From: Octopus sinensis
Taxonomy: Eukaryota
Direction: 5' to 3'
DNA length: 64,000 nt
Assembly: GCF_006345805.1 (NCBI RefSeq)
Contig: NC_042999.1
Location: 40,920,001-40,984,000 of the forward strand
This document shows positions 53,087-64,000 of the stretch, one piece after another. The notes below the pieces were generated by a model, which saw only the letters and a list, made by a program, of their open reading frames with translations, searched no databases and was not told the origin of the DNA. The number at the start of each line of letters is the position of its first letter. The stretch's first letter is position 1. A program made the position numbers and the translations under genes.

Positions 53087-53437
53087 GTGGTAAGTAGCTT
53101 GTTTACCAACCACATGGTTCTGGGTTCAGTCCCACTGCGTGGCATGTTGGGCAAGTGTCTTCTACTATGCCTCGGGCCGACCAAAGCCTTGTGAGTGGAT
53201 TTGGTAGACGGAAACTGAAAGAAGCCCGTCGTATATATGTGTATATATATATATGTATGTGCGTGTATGTTTGTGTGTCTGTGTTTATGTCCCCGTCACC
53301 TAGCGGTTCGGCAAAAGAGACCGATAGAATAAGTACTGGGCTTACAAAAGAATAAGTCCCAGGGTCGAGTTGCTCGATTAAAGGCGGTGCTCCAGCATGG
53401 CCGCAGTCAAAATGACTGAAAAAAAAAAAAAAAAAAA
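53087..53437 (+). mobile_element. SINE family A copy
   Basis: Family consensus ending in an A-run. Confidence 0.85.
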
Positions 53438-54012
53438 GAAAGATTGGAAAAAATGTTTATAATTACGCGGTAACTATTTTCAATGCATTTATTCGTTTTT
53501 TTTTTTTCTTCTCTCTTTTGCTCTTTGTGTTTTGTGTATGTTTGTATGTCTGTGTGTATATAACGACACGTTTATATTGGAATGACATTGTTCGTATATT
53601 TTCTTAGACTGAGTATGAATGGCAACACGAAGAAGGCAAGCAAAGCACTCGCGATTCAATCATCACGCACGACACAATGCCATCATACATATTCACATAT
53701 TCATTCATACACACAAAGTTTGCATGCCACACATGCGTATACTTATACATACATAAAAAAAAACATGTTGAAATATTTACATATATGCATGTGTATGGCT
53801 GTAGACATTATATATATATATATATATATATATAATCAGCCGAAATTACTACGATGATCCGGTTCTTGACTGAAGACTGAGGGGTTCGAATGTCCTGTCC
53901 ATGTTTATTGTATCGTCTTCTAAGAGTTATACGTTCTTGTCCATGTTGTATTTTTCTACATACCTTAATATATATATATATATATATACAGAGAGAGAGA
54001 GAGAGAGAGAGA

Positions 54013-54255
54013 GACGTAGGAGTGGCTGTGTGGTAAGTAGCTTGCTTACAAACCACATGGTTCCAGGTTCCGTCCCACTGCGTGGCACCTTGGGCAAGTG
54101 TCTTCTGACCAAAGCCTTGTCAGTGGATTTGGTAGACGGAAACTGAAAGAAGCCCGTCGTATATATGTATATATATATATGTGTTTGTGTGTCTGTGTTT
54201 GCCCCCCCCCCAACATCGCTTGACAACCGATGCTGGTGTGTTTACGTCCCCGTAA
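54013..54255 (+). mobile_element. SINE family A copy, 3'-truncated
   Basis: gacgtaggagtggctgtgtggtaagtagcttgc..gtttacgtccccgtaa. Confidence 0.85.
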
Positions 54256-54396
54256 AAGATTTTTAATCCCAAAATAGGGTTCTGTATATGTTTTTTTTTT
54301 ATTGGAGGGTGTGGGCATTTTACCAATCCTGCTTTTGTTCATGCAATACCTATCTACCTATCAATACGTACGTGTGTGCGAGGATATATGTACATG

Positions 54397-54545
54397 CAGT
54401 AATCCTTCGACTATTGCAGGTGTTACGTCCCAACCCCCTCCCCGCGATAGGTGAAAATCCGTGAAGTAGAAATAGTACTGAACTGTATATTTTTATTATT
54501 ATTATTATTATTTATATAATTTGTATATATTTATTTTATTATAAA
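54397..54545 (+). mobile_element. Pogo/Tigger-like MITE left end
   Basis: cagtaatccttcgactattgcaggtgttacgtcccaacccc..cgcgataggtgaaaatccg resembles Tigger-type termini as I recall them. No right TIR found. Confidence 0.4.
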
Positions 54546-55845
54546 TGCAAAGCAACACCACACACTAGCGTCCTGTGTTTCGTTCTCCATACAGTATGGG
54601 GCGAAAGGAAACCGGAACCCGGCCGTTATGAGCCAGCTGTGGTTCGAGAAGGAACAAACAAAACAACAAACAAAAATTTTCAGTCATTTGCGTGCATAGT
54701 TGTGAATGTATGTATGTGTCGGATCTTTTCCTTTTGATAGACAGAATTCAACACAATCTCTAGTTAACTAAACAATTTGAAATTTCGTATACTGGTAGAA
54801 TGTGTCAAAAGAAAACATTATTTTCACTTGGCTTTTTTGATAAATTTGTAATTCGTTTGTTTAACGTAGTTTAATTTTTCGAATTTTAACCAATCGTATG
54901 CTCTCTTTTGAGCTGAAATCATTTGCTGCGTTATCGATATTGATAAACTTACGAGGAGGGTTGTGTTGGCATGTGTCTAGTTTATAAGTTATCTCTACAT
55001 CTGTACACGCATATAACAGAGTGATGTGTGTGTGTGTGTTGATGTTGTTTAGTTGTAGTTTAGCCCTGGTCGACAAACTTAATATCAAAAGAATTTCATT
55101 TGTAATCTTGGGCGCAGTCATAGCTCTGTAGATAACTAGTTCGCTTCACAACCGTGTCGTTCCGGGTTTCATCCCAGTTTAGCGACAAAAGTTTTCAACC
55201 ATGATCTCAAGTAGATCAATACCATCAGATTTGGAATTAAGTTAAATGAAATATATGTAAAAAAAAACCATCTCGCGCCTGAGTAGTTTTCGCTGTATAT
55301 TGATGAGGTTGTAAACAAAGGCGAAAAAGAAAAAAAAATCGGTGATGTTCAATTGGAGTTCATAGTTACAAATACGTCTTTGTCGTTGCCCGCCATCATT
55401 AAAAAAAAAATGAACCAGTGAGTTGTATTTCGTAAATTTGTGATCAATTACATTATTGTTGTTCATACATTGCGATATAAAATAAATTAATAAGATAAAT
55501 AAATAAAATAAATAAATAAACAAAGTTGCTTTGTATTATCCAGTGAATCCACTGTGTTCTTCAATATATATATTTTTTTTTATGATAGGGTTGTCGGATG
55601 TGATTCGAGGAAGATTTTAATGTTTTCAGTTTGTTTATTAGCGACCGACAGGACTATCGATAGCATTAAACGCAGCGTCATAAATACAAGGAGTCAGTGT
55701 AAATCGAAAGCCTGCAAACAACGATGCTATTGTTTTATACAATACGGCTTTAAATAAATAAATAAATTGATCAAAGTTTTTAAAGAACTTTTTGTGTTAT
55801 CCAATGTGCTTCCACCACTTCTGTTGTAAGAGAACAAGGTGGGAT

Positions 55846-56478
55846 TAAGGCGGCGAGCTGGCAGAAACGTTAGCGCGCCGGGCGAAATGCTTAGCAGTAT
55901 TTCGTCTGCCATTACGTTCTCAGTTCAAATTCCGCCGAGGTCGACTTTGCCTTTCATCCTTTCTGGGTCGATTAAATAAGTACCAGTTACACACTGGGGT
56001 CGATGTAATCGATTTAATCCGTTTGTCTGTCCTTGTTTGTTCTCTCTGTGTTTAGCCCCTTGTGGATAGTAAAGAAATAGAAATAGGTATTTCGTCTGCC
56101 GTTTCGTTCTGAGTTCAAACTCCGCCAATGTCGACTTTGCCTTTCATTCTTTCGGGGTCGATAAATTAAGTACCAGTTACGCACTCGGGTCGATGTAATC
56201 GAATTAATCCGTTTTTCTGTCCTTGTTTGTCCCCTCTATGGTTAGCCTTTTGTGGGCAATAAAGAAATAAAAACAAGGAGTGATTTGAGAAAGATCTGGC
56301 TGTTTTAGGGAGTCGAGCCACCCCATGAGAGGCTTAGTCAATTAATTAGCTCATCCTTTCGGGGTCGATAAATTAATTACCAGTTACGCACTGAGGTCGA
56401 TGTAATCGATTTAATGCCTTTGTCTGTCTTTGTTCGTCCCCTCTATGTTTAGCCCCTTGTGGGCAATAAAGAAATAAA
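55846..56478 (+). mobile_element. SINE family B dimer plus a third 5'-truncated copy
   Basis: Junction gaaata|ggtatttcgtctg at ~56086. Degenerate TSD aacaaggtgggatt / aacaaggagtgatt (55833-55846; 56272-56285). A partial copy lies at 56351-56478. Confidence 0.85.
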
Positions 56479-56804
56479 TATTCATCTACCTTTACTCAAA
56501 TGGTTATGTCTATTAGCCAAACATTCGTACAGTTTATCTGTCTTCGGCATTGTTTCATTTTACCAAATATTACTTGGAAGGCAGGTGTTGACTCCAAGTT
56601 ACGACAGAATGTACGATAGAGGAATCAAACAGAGTACTAGGTATTTTACATAGAAGCGAATTTCAGTTCGTTCAGAAATTTTGGCATACTTCAACATCTT
56701 ACCAGAATTATTGAAATCCATTTCATTGGTGCTATTTGAACTCAGAGCCTGTGATCCGGAACAAATTATCTTAAAACATTGTACCCAATGCTCTAACGGT
56801 AAAC

Positions 56805-57101
56805 GATAAACGTCGCCCTTTTCAAGCCCAGCCAGGCTCATGGGCCCGGTTTCCCGGTTTCTGTGGCGTATGTGTCCCCCCCCCAGCTGGATGGGACGCC
56901 AGTCCATTGCAGCGTTACTCAAGAAACAGGAAGTGAGTGAGAGGAAGTTGTGGCGAAAGAGTGCAACAGGGGTCGCCACCACCCCCTGCCGGAGCCTCGT
57001 AAAGCTTTTAGGTCTTTTCGCCCAATAAACACACAACGCCCGGTGTGGGAATCGAAACCGCGAGTCTGCTGCTTTAACCATTGTGCCATTGCGCCTCCAC
57101 A
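56805..57101 (-). mobile_element. Chimeric SINE: family D head/body + family C tail
   Basis: The reverse complement begins gtggaggcgcaatggc..cacaacttcctctcactcacttcctgtttct (as 41007-41205), then continues tgagtaacgctgcaatggactggcgtccc..catgagcctggct (as 37978-38070). Confidence 0.85.
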
Positions 57102-57729
57102 ACTGATGCTCTTGCGATAGATAGCAAATTTGTTGTCAGCCGCTATATCGACACACACATACATATACCCATGCTTGCGCGTGCGCACACACATACACAC
57201 ACATGCACACACACATACACACACATGCACACACACATACACACACACACATCTATGTAAATAGGAAGCAACTTTTCTTTAAAAATACAACTATGTTGAA
57301 GTTTGATTAATTTCCTTAAATAATTTTTCGTGTTGCCTTATTTATTCCTTTACATTCGATTTTGGAACAATAATGCTTATAAATCCATTGAACTGACGTT
57401 CTGAGACCTTCTCTGGCTTATTCAGAAATTAAACTGCTGCACAATTGTGTAGGCGCATGTTCTCCGGGATGTCGCAAAGGGATTTGGAATAAAATCCTCC
57501 ATAATGGATTTAAAATTATGTAACAGCAAATCCTGGTAGCCTGCATTATACCATGACATATGTTTGCATCTGTGTTTAATTTAGGTTTCTATTTTGTTAT
57601 TAGTGGAGCTTCCAAAGTTATTCATCTGATTTCTGTAGAATTCTATATTGTATAGCATAGTCAACGTGGGTATATATAATACGCACACATACACACACTT
57701 ACACACCAACACACACACACCTAATGAAT

Positions 57730-57995
57730 CGACCAGATGTTATACATCTCCTGGTCTGAATGCGATTGTTGTAAACTTCAGATGATGTCACCCCACTGGC
57801 TAGTCGGTCGGTCGGTCGGGTAGGTCATCATTCTTCCTAACGGGGTGCTACACCGTCGCAGGGTTACCCAGTTATAGCCACGTGGGGGATGCATCGTGAA
57901 ATGAAATATTTTGTTCAAGAACACAAATCGTCCCCGATCCAGGAATCGAAACCATAATTTTATAATCATGACTGTAACACCCTAACCACTGAGCC
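57730..57995 (-). mobile_element. Diverged CORE-type SINE, parent of the adjacent tandem array
   Basis: Reverse complement: gtggctcagtggttagggtg..gtttcgattcctggatcggggacgatttgtgttcttgaacaaaatatttcatttcac..gggtaaccctgcgacgg. Confidence 0.75.
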
Positions 57996-58113
57996 ACACA
58001 CACACACACACACACACATACACACACACACGACGTATATATGCGTGAGGTACATATTCCAGGAATCGAATCCATAATTTTATAATCATGACTGTAACAC
58101 CCTAACCACTGAG

Positions 58114-58149
<36 letters not shown>

Positions 58150-58229
58150 CGTATATATGCGTGAGGTACATATTCCAGGAAACGAAACCATAATTCTATA
58201 ATCATGACTGTAACACCCTAACCACTGAG

Positions 58230-58263
<34 letters not shown>

Positions 58264-59216
58264 CGTATATATGCGTGAGGTACATATTCCAGGAAACGAA
58301 ACCATAATTCTATAATCATGACTGTAACACCCTAACCACTGAGCCACACACACACACACACACACGACGTATATATGCGTGAGGTACATATTCCAGGAAT
58401 CGAAACCATAATTCTATAATCATGACTGTAACACCCTAACCACTGAGCACACACACACACACACACGACGTATATATGCGTGAGGTACATATTCCAGGAA
58501 TCGAAACCATAATTTTATAATCATGACTGTAACACCCTAACCACTGAGCCACACACACACACACACACATACACGACGTATATATGCGTGAGGTACATAT
58601 TCCAGGAATCGAAACCCTAATTCTATAATCATGACTGTAACACCCTAACCACTGAGCCACACACACACACACACACACGACGTATATATGCGTGAGGTAC
58701 ATATTCCAGGAATCGAAACCATAATTTTATAATCATGACTGTAACACCCTAACCACTGAGCCACACACACACACACACACACGACGTATATATGCGTGAG
58801 GTACATATTCCAGGAATCGAAACCCTAATTCTATAATCATGACTGTAACACCCTAACCACTGAGCCACACACACACACACACACACGACGTATATATGCG
58901 TGAGGTACATATTCCAGGAATCGAAACCATAATTCTATAATCATGACTGTAACACCCTAACCACTGAGCCACACACACACACACACACACACGACGTATA
59001 TATGCGTGAGGTACATATTCCAGGAATCGAAACCATAATTCTATAATCATGACTGTAACACCCTAACCACTGAGCCACACACACACACACACACACGACG
59101 TATATATGCGTGAGGTACATATTCCAGGAATCGAAACCATAATTCTATAATCATGACTGTAGCACCCTAACCACTGAGCCAGACACACACGACGTATATA
59201 TGCGTGAGGTACATAT
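57938..59216 (-). repeat. 12-unit minisatellite of a tRNA-like SINE head plus (CA)n flank
   Basis: Unit tccaggaatcgaaaccataattYtataatcatgactgtaacaccctaaccactgagcc(ac)n gacgtatatatgcgtgaggtacatat. Starts at 57938, 58058, 58174, 58288, 58392, 58493, 58601, 58705, 58809, 58913, 59019 and 59123. Confidence 0.95.
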
Positions 59217-60170
59217 GTGAAGACATATATACATGACATTTTTTTAAGGAGATATTTCAGTTATTCCTGAAGTGAATAAATATTTTCTTTAATATTGTTA
59301 ACTGTGTAATATACATGCGCAGCATGTCGTAGAGTTCTTTTTAATTGATATGCTTTACATCTGTTCATCATGGGGGACACCAAAATAGTTCCCGTTGATT
59401 GCACACGTCCGATGAGACTTTGTTGCTGTAGTTGGTTAAGCTCCAGTTATTTAGAAAATATTAAGAATGGCATTCTAGAAATAATCTAATTTCGTTTGTG
59501 TATGAAGTGTATTTAAGACTTACATTTCTTGATGTAGGGTGTAATTGAATGAAATATGGCAGCCATTTCTAGAACACCGAGCTACGAAAGGGTGACCTCC
59601 CTTGTTTGGATGTGTTTTAAATGCATGGGCGAGGAGTTGTAATAATGGCAATAAATTCTATGAGTAGGGATATAAGTTAGGTGTTTAGAGAAGATACAAA
59701 GTCAGCCATTATCATTTACAAGGAAGCATGTTAATAGAGTTGAGGGATTCCCGAGATACTCTTGAGATGATGGAGTAGGAAATAGGGAAAGCTTGCTTTC
59801 TCAATAGAATACATGCTGCAGTGTAACTTCCTGTCAGAAGATTTCTTATCCGATAGGTTAATGACGGGTGTGAAATCTATAAGTAGGCATCATTCCGAGT
59901 AACATGTAAGAAACCTTATTGATGTCAAGGTCAACGACTTCAACACAGTAGACTTTTATAGAAAAAGACCATTAGCGAAAAGCTACTGAAGACGAGTTCT
60001 CCATTATATCTGGCTTTGTGAAATTCATTACCGCATCTGAAACTAATGGACTGCCTAATTTCTTTTATGTATGTGTGTGTGTGTGTCTTTATATATATAC
60101 ATATACATACACACACACACCACACACACACACACACACACCACACACACACATATATATATATATATAT

Positions 60171-60217
<47 letters not shown>

Positions 60218-60268
60218 GTAGATGTGTTATATATATATATATATATAATATATATAATGTAGATGTGT

Positions 60269-60306
<38 letters not shown>

Positions 60307-60609
60307 ATATATATAGATATATATATACATATACATACGCATGTAGGTATGTGTGTATGTATGTATATAGGTTGTCGCGTTAATCTCGTGCTTAAACGGA
60401 AAGCAATCAATGAAAGTGCACAAGTTACTTATTTAAATCATTAATGGTCATACGAAAGTACAGGTCGCCAAACGCGCAATTTCACAATCCCCCTTCAGAA
60501 TATTTGGGTTCATATTTTCTAGGAAATTACTTTATTGTTGCTTGTTTATTCGTTTTTTTTTTCCATTTTGTTACATTATTATTATTATTGCTGTTGTTGT
60601 TGTTGTTGT

Positions 60610-61675
60610 TACGGTGGCAATCTAGCAGATGCATCAAGCACGCCGGGCAAAATGCTTAGCGGGATTTCTTCTGTCCTTAAGTTCTGAGTTCAAATTCCAC
60701 CCAGGTCGACTTTGCCTTTCATCCTTTCGGGGTCGTTAAATTAAGTACCAGCCAAGAACTGGGGTCGATGTAATCGAATATTCCCTCCCACCCAAATTTC
60801 AGGCTTTGTGCCTATTATAGAAAGGATTGTTATTGTTATTGTTATTATGCAGTATTTGATAATTTCAGGCAGATTTCTACTGTATCACCTGCTACCCCTC
60901 CGTGTTGCTAGTTTGTATGCTGCATTGTGTTCTTTTCTGTTGCTGGGGGTGTGCAAAACTCTTGTATTGCATTGAGTCACTTTGTTAAGGCAGCGAGCTG
61001 GCAGAAACGTTAGCGCGCCGGGCGAAATGCTTAGCGGTATTTCGTCTGTCGTTACGTTCCGAGTTCAAATTCCGCCGAGGTCGACTTTGCCTTTCACCCT
61101 TTCGGGGTCGATAAATAAAGTACCAGTTTCGCACTGGGGTCGATGTAATCAACTTAATCCCTTTGTCTGTCCTTGTTTGTCCCCTCTATGTTTAGCCCCT
61201 TGTGGGTAATAAAGAAATAGGTATTTCGTCTGTCGTTACGTTCTGTGTTCAAATCCGCCGAGGTCGACTTTGCATTTCATCCTTTCGGGATCGATAAATA
61301 AAATACCAGTTTCGCACTGGGGTCGATGTAATCAACTTAATCCCTTTGTCTGTCCTTATTTGTCCCCTCTATGTTTAGCCCCTTGTGGGCAGCAAAGAAA
61401 TATATGGTTGCAGTATTGTTTTGTACTAGGGTTTGTACCGTGTGATTTGTGTGTTGTTGTTATTTAAGGCGGCGAGCTAGCAGAATTGTTAGCACGTCAG
61501 GCAAAAATGCTTAACGGCATTTCTTCCCTTTTTACATTCTGAGCTCAAATTCCGCCCAGGTCAACTTTGCTTTTCATCCCTTCGGTGAAGTACCGGTGAA
61601 ATACTGGGGGTCGATGTAATTGACTAGTCTCCTCTCCTTAAATTTCAGGCCTTGAACCTTTAGCAGAAAAGGATT
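60610..61675 (+). mobile_element. Cluster of SINE family B: monomer (60610-60830), dimer (60986-61402), monomer (61465-61675)
   Basis: Four cores. Dimer junction aaagaaata|ggtatttcgtctg at ~61220. Confidence 0.85.
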
Positions 61676-63499
61676 ATTATTGTTATTATTTGTTTTGGAT
61701 GAGTGGTGCAAATACAGAAAAGAGAGAAAGTCGGATTAAGTACTCCGCAATTTTCAAAGATTTTTTACTCCCTGAGCTCAAGTCTAGTTTTAGATCAGCT
61801 TTAATTTTCCTTTCACTTTTGTCGATAAAAAAGTACTAGACAAGTTCTGAGATATATTTTGAATCAGTTACAGCCAACAGATTTAAGCACTGCTGTATGA
61901 TATCGCATACAACACTAACGCCCACACACATATTCTTACACACTTGCACGCATACCACGAACATGCACATACTCATTACTCTCTGCCTGTTTTTAATAGT
62001 TATTTCTAACATGCGGGGAGCAGTTTAGTCTGTTACATCTACCCAGTTACACCCAGTTACACCCAGTTACATCCCTGTTAATTCATCTTACCGACACAGA
62101 AAGCATGAAAAGCAAAATTGATTTCAGTGACCAATAATAACTTGTGATCTCGTGGGAATATTAGAGATTGTTAATCTTGTATACGTTGTTCAACTCGAGG
62201 ATAACTCTGATTGAAAAGACTTTTATAATCAAAGGTATTTCTCCAGTATTGTGATCATTTTTTTTCTTTTTTAATTTTGCGTTAGTATATCTAGGAAAAC
62301 AATCCAACGTGTCTATAATGTTTTAACATAGTAGGATATGGATTCAGAGATATGTGACTGCTACATTTACCAAGGCGAGGGTCCATGAAGAGGATTACAT
62401 CTTTGGGTTGTTAATGACAGAGTTATAAAAAGAACAGAAAACACACAGAAACTAAAGAGCATCGTGTGAAACAGATTTCACGATGTAGTTACAGTCGATG
62501 CTTTATGCTTTGCGCTCAGATACCGTCATGGGAGACTTGATGTTTCAACTTTCTAAGGTCAGTGCATACCCCTCCCTATTGAATAATAGTGTGGGCTCGG
62601 TTGGAATGGCTGCACCTCATCATAAGTATCTGGCCTTGTGTCAATAAAAGACATCACTAGAGACATCTATTGGCACATATGTATGCGTATTTTGATTAAG
62701 TTTCGGGAGTGTCACACTCATGATGATGTAATCTAGTCGTATCTATTTCTAGATCAATGAATACATTCATAAATGAAGATGATCACTTTAGACATCGTCT
62801 AAATTTTTAATGATTTTATTTATAACAACATACACAGCACGGTAGAACAGCCATCATCACGCATCACACAGAATCATTGATACTAAAGTTAAATAGCTGG
62901 AGTAACAGAAACAGGAGAATTCTATCCAAAATGCGTTTTACTTATTAATTCCGTGTCTTATGTTCGGAGTTCAAAACCAGCCGGAATTCTAAGTTTGGCC
63001 TCATACTCTGATACTTCCTGTGTTGATATAACAACAACTACTTAAACATATCCGGTGTTCAAATCAATGAACTACGAAATCGGGCATTGTGCCAATGTAC
63101 TATTGCCGTTGTCGCTGTTATACTATCTTTATACACAAACTCTCAAATCAGGTTTGTTATTCATTTAGTCAAAGATCATCTAAATTTACTTCGGACAGCC
63201 TCGCTTTCTCTCTCTCTCTCCTTCTGACTCCCGTGTGTGTGTGTGTGTGTGTGTGTGTGTAAGGCACACGTTCTTTTATCGTACTATTCTTTTTTTCTCT
63301 CTGGACCATTTCCTCTTTTATACGAAGAGCCATGCTCGAAACATCACATCCCCTCTTTTTTACCTTCTTAAACTGATCGTCAACTTCATTCATTGTGTAC
63401 ATCCTTTGGGTGTTTTTGTTTTAATTTCTCTCTCTCTTTCTCTCTCTCCCCCCTCTCTCTCTCTCTCTCTCGTTATATATATATATATATATATATATA

Positions 63500-63800
63500 T
63501 TACTGTTTTGTTCTCACTGTCCTGTTTTTGTTACCACTTTCACCCCCCGCAAAAAATCCCAAATTTTAATTTGCTTTGCGGGAAGGACTGTTTTAACGAA
63601 GTCCCGTCTTGTCCCTATCTTCGAAACGGAGAGTAGATAAAACAGGGGACAACTGATGAAGGGAATGCTTTTTATGTTGCTGTCTCGTTTCTCTGTTTGT
63701 TTCTTTCTTTCGTTGTTCGAACAAAAATTCGTTTTCTACGTTTTTGTTTTTTATGTTCTCCTTTCTCATTTTGTCCATGTTTTTTGATGCCCTGTACCCA
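63500..63800 (+). mobile_element. (TA)n-flanked Penelope-like element with hammerhead core motifs
   Basis: Contains ttcGAAAcgg (63620-63629) and CTGATGA (63653-63659) followed by a T-rich tail; flanked by TA-rich microsatellites. Confidence 0.4.
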
Positions 63801-64000
63801 TATATGCATGTATATATATATACATACATATGTAGGTATGTACATGTATGTATGTATATATATATATGCATATGTTTATATATATCTATATATCTATATA
63901 TATATATATATATACACACACAACACGAATGAATAGTTTCATACGACTTAAAGTTTCATGCGTTTGAAAGACGGATCCCTATCTCATAATATATCCGGAG

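Noticed and set aside
57938-59216. CRISPR-like repeat/spacer appearance
   Set aside because: The constant part is ~85 bp and SINE-derived, the variable part is only (CA)n length, there are no cas genes, and the context is eukaryotic.

Overview
AT-rich, non-coding eukaryotic DNA, most likely intronic or intergenic. It is saturated with microsatellites ((TA)n, (CA)n, (TATG)n, (GATA/GACA)n, (ATT)n) and dispersed retroposons. The repeat families look to me like those of an octopus/cephalopod genome, which is recall and not database-verified. I find no credible host protein-coding gene, rRNA, intact tRNA or CRISPR array, and nearly all supplied ORFs are translations of microsatellites or SINEs. 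The window holds at least four tRNA-derived SINE families (labelled A-D here, dozens of copies, several with target-site duplications), TIR elements (Tc1/mariner, hAT-like, Merlin-like), degraded LINE remnants and small (TA)n-embedded Penelope-like elements. The main signals are: (1) an apparently intact type I hammerhead ribozyme on the minus strand at ~37534-37601 inside a ~270 bp (TA)n-flanked element, plus several degenerate relatives; (2) a 12-unit tandem array at 57938-59216 built from a SINE's tRNA-like Pol III promoter head; (3) the same tail-to-internal junction recurring at six independent SINE-B multimers; (4) head/body/tail shuffling among SINE families. Coordinates were read by eye and may be off by a few bases.
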